NCBI GenBank assembly: GCA_020137815.1
Contig: CM035362.1
Coordinates: 2,232,001-2,296,000, forward strand
DNA length: 64,000 bases
Direction: 5' to 3'
Source of the DNA: Hormiphora californensis
Taxonomy: Eukaryota; Animalia; Ctenophora
Below are positions 62,672-64,000 of the stretch, in pieces. The first letter of the stretch is position 1. Each line of letters begins with the position of its first letter. The notes beneath the pieces are model-generated. The model was not told the DNA's origin. It worked only from the letters and a program-made list of their open reading frames with translations, and did no database searches. A program made the position numbers and the translations under genes.

Positions 62672-63780
62672 ATGAAGACGTTCGCGAAGTTATGTGCGGT
62701 CCTCTTGATCGCCTGTTTCTCCCTCATTTACGTGTTCACAATGCCAGCAGTCAGCGACCTCTCTCCCCTTGAACACGAGCGGAAACAACTCGATGTTGAA
62801 GACATGGTTCAGAAAATCAAGAAGGATTACAATTCTGTGTCTATTGCACAGCAACACAAACAGCAACAGCAACAGCAACAACAGCAACAGCAACAGCAAC
62901 ATCATGTTGTCAATATTGATAACGAAGACAGGACTGTCGATGAGAAAGCGTTGTATAACGATCCGTATATCAATGTGCAGTATCGAGTTGTTGATGATGG
63001 TGTGGTGGGAGTGAAGTTTGATGAAGTTAGTTATATTGAGGGTAGCCAGCATGATCCTGATCCCTTGAAGTTGAACAGTTTCGATCAGCAGAAGAGTGAT
63101 GCAATTGGTAAGTTAAACCTCGAGTTATACAGTCGGTCGTCGGACCCCGATTTACTAAATCTGGGTTCCGACTTTAGGTAAATCGGGGGCCAGTAAATCA
63201 AGGTTTCACTATATTGGGTGTTTTTGACATTTTCAATTGTCGGAAGATTTAGTGTCTGTTTAGATTCATAATCAGGCAATAAAATTTGTATAATTTGTTG
63301 TCGAATTTGTTGTCGATTTGTAGGTTGTTGTTGTCGAATTGTAGATGGCGTGTGTGCCCCAACTATGTGTGTGCAATGTTACTAATTATCATCCGGTCAA
63401 TTTGGAAAGTACTGGTGTTCACTGTCCTGTCAAGCTATGTCACACTGTTACCTCTCTATCTGTGTGTTTGTCTGTCTGTCTGTTTGTCTGTCTGTTTGTT
63501 GTGGTGCTAGTCTAATAGTTTTCATAACCTTTACTACAAAGACTTCTTTTTCCCTAATTGCCTCCCCCTCTTTAAGTATAACCCTCGCCTCTCCCATACG
63601 TAACGAACACCCTGTATAATAGCCCCTTCCTTCCCTACCAGGTTCAGACAGAGCGGTGCTAGATTCCCGGCACTTCTCCTGCCGTCAACACGCCCCCTGG
63701 GAAGCCATGGGTCTCCCTCCTACCAGTATTATCATGACCTTCCATAACGAGGCTCGGTCTGCTCTACTTCGATCAGTCGC
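62672..63780 (+). CDS. Polypeptide N-acetylgalactosaminyltransferase (GALNT2-like), 5' partial
   Basis: Type II TM anchor and polyQ stem (exon 62672-63107); exon 63642-63780 [13 protein letters not shown]...[22 protein letters not shown]; runs off the window. Confidence 0.9.
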
Positions 63781-63790
63781 GTAAGTAGTA

Positions 63791-63883
63791 CAGGAAACAC
63801 TGGTCCCTGATTGGCTGATAACCAGTCACGTGACTTAAATAACGAGTTCTGATTGGTTGTTTACTTGTTTCGGTCGGTTCCTG
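63791..63883. mobile_element. Left-truncated copy of the 109-bp MITE
   Basis: Lacks the first ~16 bp; flanked by gtaagtagta on both sides. Confidence 0.8.
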
Positions 63884-64000
63884 GTAAGTAGTACAGTCGG
63901 ACCCCGATTTACCGGGATGCTCATTGCTCGGGGGAAAGGGTTTTGACCGGTAAATCGGGGTACCCCGTACCCGGTATATAATCGGGGTCAAACACCGTGA

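Overview
Eukaryotic (animal) genomic DNA: spliced GT-AG genes, microsatellites and many non-autonomous DNA transposons; no CRISPR array, rRNA or tRNA seen. The 109-bp MITE and the GPCR/extracellular-domain styles suggest a ctenophore, probably Pleurobrachia (recognition from memory, not verified). Genes: (1) two tandem copies of a secreted protein with two unnamed ~145-aa domains plus 3 or 5 Sushi/CCP repeats; (2) a spliced rhodopsin-like GPCR; (3) an intronless AlkB-dioxygenase ORF that looks like a truncated retroelement ORF1; (4) an EHD/dynamin-like GTPase with C-terminal TM helices whose 8-kb intron holds two GPCRs; (5) a BTB-BACK-Kelch gene that hosts three nested genes (a GPCR and two LDLa-repeat genes) and whose last codons plus stop are amplified into a ~42-copy 38-bp array; (6) a receptor tyrosine phosphatase with an unusual Ig/TSP1 ectodomain and a PTPRR/STEP-like catalytic domain; (7) UROD; (8) the 5' part of a GALNT. 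25240-26560 is almost certainly unreliable sequence. Exon coordinates were read by hand and may be off by a few bases.
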